From Desulfovibrionaceae bacterium (GTDB lineage: Bacteria > Desulfobacterota > Desulfovibrionia > Desulfovibrionales > Desulfovibrionaceae): a stretch of DNA of 64,000 nt. The stretch is from contig JAQVCS010000012.1 in the NCBI GenBank assembly GCA_028689675.1, positions 8,382 through 72,381 on the forward strand, read 5' to 3'. The notes under the pieces are model-generated. The model saw only the letters and a list, made by a program, of their open reading frames with translations. It searched no databases and had not been told where the DNA came from. Positions 1-9,225 of this stretch are shown in pieces; position 1 is the first letter of the stretch; every line of letters begins with the position of its first letter. Position numbers and translations under genes: made by a program.

Positions 1-1317
1 CTGACCGCCCTTGCCGCATTGTGCAGCGGGCTTATTGCCTTTGCCCTGCCCTTGTTTGCCAGCCTGTTCTTTATTCTTTGGACAGGCCGCGTGCGCCGCG
101 CTCAAAAGGCGGATGCCTTGGCAGGCTTTATTATTATGCTGCTCGTCCTTTTGGGCTGGGCTGGCCTTGTGATGATAACGGGCACGCGCGAAGCCTATCT
201 TGGTCTGGTATGGCAGGCTTTGTTTGCGCCCTTTGCCGCCTCCTTCTGGCCGCCAGCCGATGCCCTGCACACGCCTCTGCTCATGCTGCTGCTTGCCTTT
301 TTGCCTTGGCCCTTGCTGCTGCTTACGGTTTCGTGGGGTCGTGTGCTTAAAAATGCCTACAGTGATCTGAAAGCCAGCCGCAAACTTGCCTGTGGTCATG
401 CATGGCTTTGGCTTGCTTTTGTGCTGGGCATTGCCCTGTGCATGCTTGCCAGCCATAAGCCTGCCAGCAACCTTGCCCCCCTGCTGCCCCTTACGGCCAT
501 TGTGTTGGCTGGTGCTTTACTACGCTTAGGCGCAACGGGCAGCCGCATATTCTTTGGTGCAATTGCGCTGCTCTGCATTGTCTGCGGCCTTCTTGTGGCA
601 TCCTGCCTCATCCCCGATGTTCCCGCATGGCTGCAAAGCAGCCCCCTGCCCGAAATGCTGAAACCCTGCCTGAGCGTGCTTACCGCGCTGGGCACGCAAG
701 TACAGGCTGTGCTTATTCTTGCCGGCATCCTTGTGATATCGGGTGCGCTTTTGCTGCGCTTTACCTGCAAGCGTTATGCTGGCGGGGCTTTGTTGGTATG
801 CACTGTACTTACCACCCTGCTTGTACAGCCCCTTTTTCTGCAACTCAGCCCTGCGCTGCATGCTTGCCTTGCCCCCAAAGCACAGGAAGCTCCGCAGCCA
901 GTAGCACCGCTGTTGAGCAGCCCAGACAAGCCTGCTGAAAATGCAAGCCCTGCCATGCCAGCGCAGCCAGAAAACCCTGCACAGGCTGAACCTGCTGCCC
1001 CTGCGACCGCCCCCACAGCCGCTCCTGCCGATGTGACTCCAGCTGTACAGCCCGAGGCAGCCAAGGCTGAACCTGCACCCACAGCCGCCCCTGTTGCCCC
1101 TGCCCAAGCCGCAGCTCCTGCCGAACAGGCAGCGCCAGCAGATACGGCCAGCCCAGTAGCAGCACAGCCCGAAGCAGCCACGGCTGCCCCAGCACCCGCA
1201 GAAGCAGAAGCCGCACAGCCCGTTGCCCCTGCTGAAGCTGCCCAAACAGCACCAGCCGCAGAGAAAACTCAAGAGCCAGCCCCTGCTGCCCCACAAGCTC
1301 CTGCCAAGGCAGAATAA
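1..1317 (+). CDS. Polytopic membrane protein, 5'-truncated by the window edge, with an Ala/Pro/Glu-rich C-terminal tail of about 140 aa
   Basis: Frame 1 is open from nt 1 (ORF track 19..1317). Several hydrophobic segments are followed by a low-complexity APAAP-type tail. The stop is followed by hairpin 1351-1393. Confidence 0.6.
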   Translation: MTALAALCSGLIAFALPLFASLFFILWTGRVRRAQKADALAGFIIMLLVLLGWAGLVMITGTREAYLGLVWQALFAPFAASFWPPADALHTPLLMLLLAFLPWPLLLLTVSWGRVLKNAYSDLKASRKLACGHAWLWLAFVLGIALCMLASHKPASNLAPLLPLTAIVLAGALLRLGATGSRIFFGAIALLCIVCGLLVASCLIPDVPAWLQSSPLPEMLKPCLSVLTALGTQVQAVLILAGILVISGALLLRFTCKRYAGGALLVCTVLTTLLVQPLFLQLSPALHACLAPKAQEAPQPVAPLLSSPDKPAENASPAMPAQPENPAQAEPAAPATAPTAAPADVTPAVQPEAAKAEPAPTAAPVAPAQAAAPAEQAAPADTASPVAAQPEAATAAPAPAEAEAAQPVAPAEAAQTAPAAEKTQEPAPAAPQAPAKAE

Positions 1318-1350
1318 AGGGCACAGGCACACAAGCTCGCTCTCAAAAAA

Positions 1351-1393
1351 ACAGAAAGGCTACTGCCCCAACACAGGGCGGTAGCCTTTCTGT
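1351..1393. terminator. Stem-loop between the membrane-protein ORF and the tRNA operon, possibly a bidirectional terminator
   Basis: 13-nt arms acagaaaggctac / gtagcctttctgt. An A7 run lies on the 5' side, which reads as a U-run on the minus strand. Confidence 0.55.
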
Positions 1394-1512
1394 TGCTCTA
1401 TCTTTGGCAAGGCAAGGTCACACAGCACAGAGCACATGGCGCATAAGGTGTAGCGAGCCCAGCCGCACGGGCAAGTTCTTCGCCGCCTTGTTCATAAAAA
1501 TACAGCATAAAA

Positions 1513-1545
1513 AAAGAGGTCATACCGTGATGGTATAACCTCTTT
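1513..1545 (-). terminator. Rho-independent terminator downstream of tRNA-Glu
   Basis: Arms aaagaggt.ataccg / tggtat.acctcttt. The plus-strand A-run at 1509-1515 gives a U-tract after the hairpin on the minus strand. Confidence 0.75.
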
Positions 1546-1554
1546 GCCTTCGTG

Positions 1555-1630
1555 TGGCGTCCCCAGGCGGGTTTGAACCGCCGTCGACGCCGTGAAAGGG
1601 CGTTGTCCTGGGCCACTAGACGATGGGGAC
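1555..1630 (-). tRNA. tRNA-Glu (anticodon UUC), CCA encoded
   Basis: The reverse complement GTCCCCATCGTCTAGTGG...ACGCC-CTTTCAC-GGCGT...GGCGGTTCAAACCCGCC-TGGGGAC-G-CCA folds as a cloverleaf with anticodon TTC. Confidence 0.93.
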
Positions 1631-1655
1631 GTTCGACTTTGTTGTGCACGTTTTT

Positions 1656-1729
1656 TGGCTGGGCTACATGGATTTGAACCATGATTAACGGGACCAGAAT
1701 CCGTCGTCCTACCCTTGAACGATAGCCCA
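1656..1729 (-). tRNA. tRNA-Gln (anticodon CUG), CCA encoded
   Basis: The reverse complement is TGGGCTA..ACGGA-TTCTGGT-CCCGT..CATGGTTCAAATCCATG-TAGCCCA-G-CCA. The anticodon loop carries CTG. There is one A-C mismatch at the base of the anticodon stem. Confidence 0.85.
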
Positions 1730-1747
1730 ACTCACGTCACAAGAGGC

Positions 1748-1776
1748 GTTATAAGGAAAAGCCCCCCAGCCGTCAA
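1748..1776 (-). promoter_or_regulatory. Sigma70-type promoter of the tRNA-Gln/tRNA-Glu operon
   Basis: The minus strand reads TTGACG, a 17-nt spacer, then TATAAC. An A/T-rich UP-like tract (aataaaaaaagtgc) lies upstream. The -10 box ends about 19 nt before the tRNA 5' end. Confidence 0.6.
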
Positions 1777-2088
1777 GCACTTTTTTTATTTTTGCTCATT
1801 TTTTTCTGACACATTCCAAAACACTATCATTTTGAACATACCCGCACGCTTTCATAAGCAATCCTTGCCAGTTAAAGCGCACAAGGGGAATATTCTTCCC
1901 CCGTGCTTTTTAAAAGTGAAGCTGCTCTAGCGGGATGCTTTAGGTACAGCAAGTATGCTGGGCTATACCGCTTAAAACACAGGCAGACAGAGCAGGGCAG
2001 ACAGCAAGCAGGCCATGCAGAGTCGCTGTCATAGCGTCTGTGCCAGAGCAGGTGAGGGGCAGCAGGCTCAGCCGCCCCTTTTCCGTAC

Positions 2089-3069
2089 TTAATATGAAAC
2101 AGCGCTGATTTTATTCAGCCTTGCTATATCGTGATACGATTCTATATAGCGCAATGTGCCCGTTTTTCCGCGTATAACCATAGAATGCGTAATGGCATGC
2201 TTGCCTGTATAGCGCACGCCGCGCAAAAAGTCGCCGCCAGAAATGCCCGTGCCTGCAAAAAAGCAGTCTTCGCTGCTTACAAGGCGGTTTACGTCTAAAA
2301 CTTCACGCAAATCAATGCCCGCTTCCTGAATGGCTTCTTTTTCCACATAGGACTGCGGGTCAAGACGCGCCAAAATTTGCCCGCCCAAGCCCTTGATAGC
2401 ACAGGCAGAAAGCACCCCTTCAGGCGTGCCGCCCGTGCCCATCATCACATCCACTTCAGAGCGCGGGTCTACGGCCATCAGCGCGCCTGCCACGTCGCCA
2501 TCGGTGTGCAATTGAATGCGCGCCCCTGCCTGACGAATTTGGGCTATCAAGTCTTTATGGCGCGGCTTTTCAAGCACAAAAACCACAAGGTCTTTCACAT
2601 TTTTGCCCAGCGCTTTGGCCACACATTCCAAATTGTGCTGCACTGGGGCGTCCAGCTCCACTACATTGCGCGCCTCGCTGGGCACAACCAGCTTTTGCAT
2701 ATAATAACTGGGGCCGGGGTTGAACATGCTGCCCGCAGGGGCAATGCCCACCACAGAAATAGCATTGGGGCGGCCATAGGCCAGCAAATTGGTGCCTTCC
2801 ACTGGGTCTACGGCAATATCCAGCGCAGGGCCATCGCCAGCGCCCACTTTTTCCCCATTATACAGCATGGGGGCATTATCTTTTTCCCCTTCACCAATAA
2901 TAACAGTACCATTGATGTGCAGGGAACTAAAGCTCATGCGCATGGCATCCACAGCCGCACCATCGCCTTCTTCTTTTGCACCGCGCCCAAGCCAGCGGGC
3001 AGAAGCCATTGCGGCAGCTTCAGTAACACGCACAATTTCCATGGCTAAATTTCTTTCAGGAGCTTCCAT
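2089..3069 (-). CDS. glpX: Class II fructose-1,6-bisphosphatase (GlpX)
   Basis: Full-length similarity to GlpX (EIVRVTEAAA..GRG.K...DGAAVDAMR..IGEGEKDNAPMLY.GEKVG..DIAVDP.EGT). The start was moved to the ATG at 3069, which is preceded by GGAGG. Confidence 0.9.
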   Translation of the reverse strand: MEAPERNLAMEIVRVTEAAAMASARWLGRGAKEEGDGAAVDAMRMSFSSLHINGTVIIGEGEKDNAPMLYNGEKVGAGDGPALDIAVDPVEGTNLLAYGRPNAISVVGIAPAGSMFNPGPSYYMQKLVVPSEARNVVELDAPVQHNLECVAKALGKNVKDLVVFVLEKPRHKDLIAQIRQAGARIQLHTDGDVAGALMAVDPRSEVDVMMGTGGTPEGVLSACAIKGLGGQILARLDPQSYVEKEAIQEAGIDLREVLDVNRLVSSEDCFFAGTGISGGDFLRGVRYTGKHAITHSMVIRGKTGTLRYIESYHDIARLNKISAVSY

Positions 3070-3169
3070 TACCAATCCTCCAAAAGGACAGCTATATATC
3101 TTGTGTGCCTTCATAGGCACATGCGGCACAGTACCGCTTTAGGGTATGCTAACGCGACATTCCTTTTCT

Positions 3170-3268
3170 GCTGGCAGCTTCAGGCTTCTGCTTTTATTAT
3201 GGTCGAGTACGAGTTGGGTACCCCCTTGAGCAAGCCTAGGCTTCCTTGCCAGCAAACAAAATCCTGTA
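3170..3268 (+). repeat. Copy A of a roughly 99-nt conserved intergenic element (candidate structured RNA or REP-like repeat)
   Basis: Aligns by hand to 37566..37664 (reverse complement) and 29712..29806. Conserved blocks are gcttttatt.tggtcgagt and caagcc..ggcttccttgccagcaaacaaaat. The terminal arms gctggca/tgccagc can pair. Confidence 0.7.
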
Positions 3269-3275
3269 GTATTCC

Positions 3276-4955
3276 CTACTCTTCAGTAACACTGGGCACG
3301 CGGTAGCGCGCCACCAAGGGGATTTGCCACATCGAACCAAAGGGGCAGGCACTCACACGCAGAGCGGCTGGCTCTTGCCTGCGCTTAAATTCTGCCCGCA
3401 GCAGCTTGCTGTGCACATCCTGCACCACCTCGGGCGCGGCACTGCAATCATCTGCCCCATTGGCCGAAAGCAAATAGTCCACAATAGGGTCAAGCTCGGC
3501 ATAGGGCGGCAGGCTGTCGCTGTCTTTTTGCCCTGGGTGCAATTCTGCCGTGGGCTCTTTGGTAAAAATTTCTTGCGGAATACCAGCGCGCCCCTGCTGC
3601 TCCTGCTGCAAATTAAACCACGCCGCCACCGCATACACAAAGGTTTTAGGCACATCGCCAATAACGGCCAGCGCCCCCACGCTGTCGCCATACAGGGTGC
3701 AATAGCCCACAGCACTTTCCGATTTATTCCCCGTGTTCAGCACCAATGCCCCATTGCGGTTGGCTATGCCCATCAGCAAAGAGCCGCGGGCGCGCGCCTG
3801 CAAATTTTCAAAGGTCATATCCTGCTCACCAGCAGGAAAACGCTGCAAAGCAGGCGCCAGCACCGTGGTAAAGGCATTCACAATAGGCGCAATGGGCAGG
3901 GTCAGGCATTCCACACCCAAGTTATGCGCCAAGGCCGCAGCATCATCTAAAGAAGCCTGCGAGGTGTGCACCGAGGGCATACGCACGCCCAGCACATTGT
4001 CTGCGCCCAAGGCCGCCACAGCAATAGCGCACACCAAGGCAGAATCCATACCGCCAGAAAGCCCCACCACCGCGCGGGAACAACCGCTTTTATGCACATA
4101 GTCGCGCGTGCCCAGCACCAATGCCCGCCAGCATTCTTCTTCTGGCGAAGCGCAGGGCGGCTCTATGGGTTGGGCTTGTGCCGTGGGGGCGGTATCTACC
4201 AGCAGCACATCTTCCTCAAAAGCCTTACCGCGTGCTAGCAACAGGCCTGTGGGGTCAAAAGCAAGGCTTTGCCCGCTGTATACCGTGGCGTCATTGCCGC
4301 CCACAGCATTGGCAGAAAAAACATGAATATGATGCCGCGCCGCTACATGCGACAGCATGTGCTCGCGCATTTCCTGCCCGCCCAGCACAAAAGGCGAGGC
4401 CGCCATGTGCACAATGCCGTCCACCCCACGGCGCACCAGCTCCATGAGCGGGTTGTGGGCAGAAGCGTGCTGAATTTTCCAAAAAGAATCACTTTCCCAC
4501 GAATCTTCGCACAGCACCACGCCCAAGCGCCAGCCCTGCAAAGCCACAATGCCGCAGGTAATGCCCTTGTCAAAATAGCGGGAATCATCACTGCTGCCGC
4601 CCTGCCCCTGAAAAACTTTGCGGGAAATGACACGGCAGCTGCCTTTTTCCAGCAGCACACTAGCATTGGAAACACCGCGCGCGGCAAGGGCAGGGTTTTG
4701 CACAGGCGCGCCCACCAGCACGGGCGGGCAATCGGCTAATTGTGCAGCCATATCCTGCAAGGCCTTTTGGCAGCCCTGCATAAAACCTTCTGTTGCCAAG
4801 AGTTCACGCGGGGCAAGACCGCACAAGGCCAGCTCTGGCGTAATGCACAAATCTACCCCTGTGCCAGCGGCCTGACGCACAGCATCCACTATGCGGGCTG
4901 CATTGCCTATGACATCACCAGCAATGGTATTACATTGCAATAAGGCCAGCTTCAT
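3276..4955 (-). CDS. nadE: Glutamine-dependent NAD+ synthetase (N-terminal nitrilase-like domain plus NAD synthetase domain)
   Basis: The N-terminal half is CN-hydrolase-like. The C-terminal half carries the SGGxDS PP-loop (GLSGGMDSALV). The start was chosen at the ATG at 4955, after AAGGAAGGGGAAGGAAAG. Confidence 0.88.
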   Translation of the reverse strand: MKLALLQCNTIAGDVIGNAARIVDAVRQAAGTGVDLCITPELALCGLAPRELLATEGFMQGCQKALQDMAAQLADCPPVLVGAPVQNPALAARGVSNASVLLEKGSCRVISRKVFQGQGGSSDDSRYFDKGITCGIVALQGWRLGVVLCEDSWESDSFWKIQHASAHNPLMELVRRGVDGIVHMAASPFVLGGQEMREHMLSHVAARHHIHVFSANAVGGNDATVYSGQSLAFDPTGLLLARGKAFEEDVLLVDTAPTAQAQPIEPPCASPEEECWRALVLGTRDYVHKSGCSRAVVGLSGGMDSALVCAIAVAALGADNVLGVRMPSVHTSQASLDDAAALAHNLGVECLTLPIAPIVNAFTTVLAPALQRFPAGEQDMTFENLQARARGSLLMGIANRNGALVLNTGNKSESAVGYCTLYGDSVGALAVIGDVPKTFVYAVAAWFNLQQEQQGRAGIPQEIFTKEPTAELHPGQKDSDSLPPYAELDPIVDYLLSANGADDCSAAPEVVQDVHSKLLRAEFKRRQEPAALRVSACPFGSMWQIPLVARYRVPSVTEE

Positions 4956-5008
4956 CTTTCCTTCCCCTTCCTTTGCAGACAACTATCAGCGTATGTCAAA
5001 ACAAAAAG

Positions 5009-6847
5009 CTATACATAACCATGCAATTCCCCACCAGGCGCACCCAGCGCATCCACACGGCGCTCCACCTCTGGGTTTGTTTCCAGCGGGGGGGCTTGGT
5101 GCGCCTTTAAGCGGGCATCTATCAGCAGAGGGGCAGCGCAAGACCAATGCTTGCTGTGCACAGCCTCGCCTGCGCCATAGATATCGGTAGCGGGGTCAGA
5201 GCGGGTAAAGGTGACCCACAAAAAATTATCCCATGCCTGTGCGGTAAAGGCGCTGTCATCCACAACCACCACCAGCGGGAAGACCTCGCGCTGTTCCCAA
5301 TGCTGCAAGGCCTGCGCCAAAGCGTGCATGGCGGCATCCTGTTCCCCGCGGGGGGCTGTGTGCTGCGCGCCGCGCAGGGCAACTATGCCCTTGCCCACCA
5401 CCACGGGCTGGCTAAAGCCCTGCGGCAAGGGCATGCCCGCGGCAAGGCTTGTGCCCAGCTCGCGCCTTTTTGCCCCCGCTGCTGCCCATATGAGCTTAGA
5501 ACCTTCGTTAAGCCCTGTGCCTGTATAGTCCAAGGTATCAATATGTGTGCGGGTGATAAAATGCAAATCCCGCGCAAAATCGGTACGCTCCAGAATATGG
5601 CTGAAGAAATGCGGCACATCATGCGTGCTTAGGCGGCTGTCGTCTTCATGCGCGCCCACCAGCACATATTTTGCCAAGGCTGTTTGTGTTGTGCCCAGCA
5701 CATGCATGCCGCAGGTGATAAGCTCGCGCGGCACACGCTGCTCTTCATAGGGGGTGTAGCGCTCGCTGCCCAGCACCAAAAGCAGGGGGTGCACACCAGC
5801 AGCATCCACAGCATGCACTTCCTGTACACCAGCAAAAACCTGCGGCACCAGCTCCGCCGTTAGTTCATGAATAAATTCACCAAATAAGGTATCTTCCTGC
5901 GGCGGCCTGCCCACCGAGGTAAAAGGCCAAATAGCATTGCGGCGGTGGTGCACTGCATCCACCTTGAGCACAGGAAAATTATGCTGCAAGCTGTAATAGC
6001 CAATATGGTCGCCAAAAGGCCCTTCGGGCTTGCATTCAGCGCACAAATGCCCCTGTATGCAAAAATCGGCCTCGGCCAGCACAGGCAGGGGCATACCTGC
6101 CCCCTTGTGCAAAGGCATGCGGCAGCCACCCAGCGCGCCAGCAAAGAGCACTTCGGGCAAATTTTCGGGCAAGGGCATAACAGCGGCAAGGGTCATGGCG
6201 GGCGCGCCCCCCACAAAAATATTCACTGGCAGGCTGGCACCGCGCTGCAAAGCCGCCTGATGATGCGCCCCTATGCCGCGATGTATTTGATAATGTATGC
6301 CCGCTTCGTCTGGCCTGTAGTCATTGCCCGAAATCTGCACACGGTACATGCCCACGTTAGAGGCCATACTGCCGCCCTTGTTCGGCTGCTCGCTATACAC
6401 CAAGGGCAGCGTGATAAATGCACCGCCATCCTTTGGCCATGAGACTAATTGCGGTAGCTTGGCCAAAGAAGTGCGGCATTCCAGCACAGGGGCAGCCTTG
6501 GGCTTGCTGGGCAGCATGTGAAACAAGGCGGGCAGTGTGCCTAAAGCCTGTAGCGGGTGCTTTAAGGCAAATTCTGGGTGCGCCTTTATAGCAAAGAGGG
6601 TGCGCAGGCGCGGCAGGCTGTCGCGAAAGATAAAATGCAGGCGCTCGCGCGTGCCATACATATTGGCCAGCATGGGGAAAGAGCAGCCCTTCACCCGTGT
6701 AAACAGCATGGCAGGCGCGCCCTTGCGAAAGGCACGGCGCTGAATAGCGGCAATTTCAAGGTAGGGGTCAACCTCGCTGTTAACGCGCACAAGATGCCCG
6801 TGGGCTTCCATATCTGCCACGCAGGCAGCCAGTGTTTTATAGCCCAT
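5009..6847 (-). CDS. UbiD-family (prenylated-FMN dependent) decarboxylase
   Basis: UbiD-like sequence throughout (LVRV..EVDP.LEIAAI..R; ..GGA.ITLPLVY). The start at 6847 is preceded by AAGGAGG and overlaps the upstream NUDIX gene by 11 nt. Confidence 0.8.
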   Translation of the reverse strand: MGYKTLAACVADMEAHGHLVRVNSEVDPYLEIAAIQRRAFRKGAPAMLFTRVKGCSFPMLANMYGTRERLHFIFRDSLPRLRTLFAIKAHPEFALKHPLQALGTLPALFHMLPSKPKAAPVLECRTSLAKLPQLVSWPKDGGAFITLPLVYSEQPNKGGSMASNVGMYRVQISGNDYRPDEAGIHYQIHRGIGAHHQAALQRGASLPVNIFVGGAPAMTLAAVMPLPENLPEVLFAGALGGCRMPLHKGAGMPLPVLAEADFCIQGHLCAECKPEGPFGDHIGYYSLQHNFPVLKVDAVHHRRNAIWPFTSVGRPPQEDTLFGEFIHELTAELVPQVFAGVQEVHAVDAAGVHPLLLVLGSERYTPYEEQRVPRELITCGMHVLGTTQTALAKYVLVGAHEDDSRLSTHDVPHFFSHILERTDFARDLHFITRTHIDTLDYTGTGLNEGSKLIWAAAGAKRRELGTSLAAGMPLPQGFSQPVVVGKGIVALRGAQHTAPRGEQDAAMHALAQALQHWEQREVFPLVVVVDDSAFTAQAWDNFLWVTFTRSDPATDIYGAGEAVHSKHWSCAAPLLIDARLKAHQAPPLETNPEVERRVDALGAPGGELHGYV

Positions 6848-7328
6848 ATATTCCTCCTTGCACCGCGCCAAGGGGGCGTTTGCCCTCGAGGCTGGCAATA
6901 AAATCGGCAAGAATAGCCGCGTGGTCAAAAACAAGGGGCTGTGGCAACGCATTAAGGGGGTAAAAAGCCGCATGGGCAGCATCATCGCCAGCGCACAGGG
7001 CTTCGGGATTTTTTGCCCTGCCCACAAAGGTGACGCTGAGCGTATGCTGGCGCGGGTCGCGGTCGGGGCGGGAATACACCCCCAGCAAGCCCGTCAGCAC
7101 AACCTCAAGCCCTGTTTCCTCACGCATTTCGCGCACGGCAGCCGCTTCCACACTTTCCCCCGCGTCTACAAAGCCCCCCGGCAGGGCAAAGCCCACAGAG
7201 GCATTGGCACGGCGAATAATGACCACACCGCGCTCGGGCGCATAAATAACCACATCTACCGTGGGCACGGGGTTGGCATAGCGCTCAATACGCCCGCCGC
7301 AATGCGGACAAGGGCTGTGAATAATCAT
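6837..7328 (-). CDS. NUDIX hydrolase with an N-terminal CxxC zinc ribbon
   Basis: Nudix box GGFVDAGESVEAAAVREMREETGLEV. The N-terminus contains CPHCGG. Confidence 0.85.
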   Translation of the reverse strand: MIIHSPCPHCGGRIERYANPVPTVDVVIYAPERGVVIIRRANASVGFALPGGFVDAGESVEAAAVREMREETGLEVVLTGLLGVYSRPDRDPRQHTLSVTFVGRAKNPEALCAGDDAAHAAFYPLNALPQPLVFDHAAILADFIASLEGKRPLGAVQGGIYGL

Positions 7329-7987
7329 TGCGCCTCCTCGGCTTCTTCCTGCATAATGGTATACCCTGCCTGCTCAAACAGCCTATCCTGTACAGCTCCG
7401 TGGCGCAAGATGCGCAGTAGCCCCTTACCGCAGGGCTCAACTAACGTGGAGGGCAGCCCGCCCGCAGTGCGCGGGCAGCCGCGCAGCACAGCATCCACCC
7501 GCGCAAGCAGGGCAGGTTCTAGCTGCTGCACGCTCTGGGCAGGGCTATGCCCGCTCATATTGGCACTGCTGGCCGTCAGCGCCCCGCCTGCGGCAAGTGC
7601 CACAGCCCGCGCCCAAGGGTGAGGGCTTATGCGCACCGCAGCCTTGCCCTGAGCATTGACCAAGGCCGCAGGCAGTGTTGCCTGCGCGGGTAACAGCACC
7701 GTCAGCGCCCCTGGCCAAAAACGCTGCAACAGCGGCACAGGGGCAGTGTCCAGCCGCACCACAGCCGCCACCTGCGCCATTGTTGCGGCAAGAATGGGTA
7801 AAGGGCTTGACGCGGGGCGCATTTTCACGGCATAGACCCGCCTTACAGCGCTGGCATCTGCCGCCAGCCCACCCAATGCAAAAAAGGTTTCAGTAGGAAA
7901 GACCAACAGGCCAGAAGCCCGCAACAGCCGTGCCGCCTCTGCCACCGAAACCAAGGGTGCGCCACCTTTTACTTTGGAATCACTCAT
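7325..7987 (-). CDS. tsaC: L-threonylcarbamoyladenylate synthase (Sua5/YrdC/TsaC family)
   Basis: YrdC-domain motifs (LVFPTETFFALG...AV.RVYAVKMRP...PLPIL). The stop overlaps the NUDIX start (ATGA). The start ATG at 7987 was chosen because the ORF otherwise runs into rlmH. Confidence 0.78.
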   Translation of the reverse strand: MSDSKVKGGAPLVSVAEAARLLRASGLLVFPTETFFALGGLAADASAVRRVYAVKMRPASSPLPILAATMAQVAAVVRLDTAPVPLLQRFWPGALTVLLPAQATLPAALVNAQGKAAVRISPHPWARAVALAAGGALTASSANMSGHSPAQSVQQLEPALLARVDAVLRGCPRTAGGLPSTLVEPCGKGLLRILRHGAVQDRLFEQAGYTIMQEEAEEAQ

Positions 7988-7988
7988 T

Positions 7989-8462
7989 ATGTCCCTTAAA
8001 CCCTTACGCATTATTGCCGTTGGCAAGCTCAAAACGCCCTATTGGCAAGAGGCTGCCGCCCATTACCTTGCCCGCCTCAAGCATTGGCGCGCTGTGGAAA
8101 TAAGCCTGTTGAAAGATGGTGATGCCGCCTTGCCCATTGCAGAGCGCAATGAGCTGGAAGGCCGCCGCATTTTAGCCGCCTGCACCCCGCAGGACACCCT
8201 TATTGTTATGGATGAACGCGGCAGAAGCTTTACTTCCCCGCAATTTTCCGCTTTTGTCAGCCATGTTTCCGAAAATGCTGCCAGCACGCCCTGCTTTGTG
8301 CTGGGTGGAGCTTTTGGGCTTTCACCCGCAGTGCGTCAGGCAGCCCGCCACGTTATCAGCCTTGGTTCTATGACCTTTCCGCACGAGCTTGCCCGCGTGC
8401 TGCTGCTGGAACAATTATACCGCGCTGAAGCTATTTGCCGCAACGTGCCCTATCACCACTAG
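7989..8462 (+). CDS. rlmH: 23S rRNA (pseudouridine1915-N3)-methyltransferase RlmH
   Basis: SPOUT-family RlmH similarity (LRIIAVGKLK..Y..A...Y..RL). The size is about 157 aa. Confidence 0.88.
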   Translation: MSLKPLRIIAVGKLKTPYWQEAAAHYLARLKHWRAVEISLLKDGDAALPIAERNELEGRRILAACTPQDTLIVMDERGRSFTSPQFSAFVSHVSENAASTPCFVLGGAFGLSPAVRQAARHVISLGSMTFPHELARVLLLEQLYRAEAICRNVPYHH

Positions 8463-8469
8463 GGCAGGT

Positions 8470-9225
8470 TTATGGAAGCCCAGCGCCTGCGACAGGCTGC
8501 TTTTGCAAAGCCCAAAAATAGCGTGCATCCCCTGCAATGCTGTATGCCTGCTCGTGCAGGGCAAGCCAGCCTGCGGGCACAAGGGCAGGCATAGGCTCAA
8601 GCGTGAGCAGCACGGCTATACCTGCTGGCTGAATATGCGGGGCAATAAAGGCCAGCACGTCCTGCCAAGGCATAAAAGCGCGGCTCAGCACCACATCGGC
8701 AGGGCTGGCCTGCACAAAAAAATCTTCTGCCCGCCCGCGAAACACGGCCGTATTGGGCAAGGCAGCCCGCGCTACCACGGTGGAAAGAAATAAAGCGCGT
8801 TTTTCCCGCGCTTCTACTAGGGTATAGTGCCCTTGCGGCCATACCATACGCAAAGGTATGCCCGGCAGGCCAGCCCCAGCGCCCAAATCCCAGCATTCTG
8901 GAGCGGCGGGCAAGGGCAGCCGCCGCAAAAATTCGGCCAAATAAAAGCTGTCTGCCAGCAAGGTTTCAAGCGTATCACGCCATGTATGCGTGCCCACAAG
9001 GTTCATTACCTTATTCCACTGCATTAGCAGGGTCAAATAGGTCAGCAGCGGGGCATGAGCTTGCTCTGGCACTGGGCAGGGCAAGGCGGCACAGGCAGCC
9101 TGCAAAGTTTCAAGCGTAAGCGGCAGGGCTGGTTTGCGCGCTGTGCGGTGCTGCCCGCCGCCGCGCTTGCCGCGGCTTGCTTGTACTTGCTTGCTGTGCT
9201 CTTGTTTTGTTTTCATTTTGGCCAC
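8470..9225 (-). CDS. rsmG: 16S rRNA (guanine527-N7)-methyltransferase RsmG
   Basis: GidB/RsmG motifs (L..WN...NL.....W..H..DS; DLGAGAGLPGIPL). A basic N-terminal extension makes the exact start uncertain. Confidence 0.82.
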   Translation of the reverse strand: MAKMKTKQEHSKQVQASRGKRGGGQHRTARKPALPLTLETLQAACAALPCPVPEQAHAPLLTYLTLLMQWNKVMNLVGTHTWRDTLETLLADSFYLAEFLRRLPLPAAPECWDLGAGAGLPGIPLRMVWPQGHYTLVEAREKRALFLSTVVARAALPNTAVFRGRAEDFFVQASPADVVLSRAFMPWQDVLAFIAPHIQPAGIAVLLTLEPMPALVPAGWLALHEQAYSIAGDARYFWALQKQPVAGAGLP

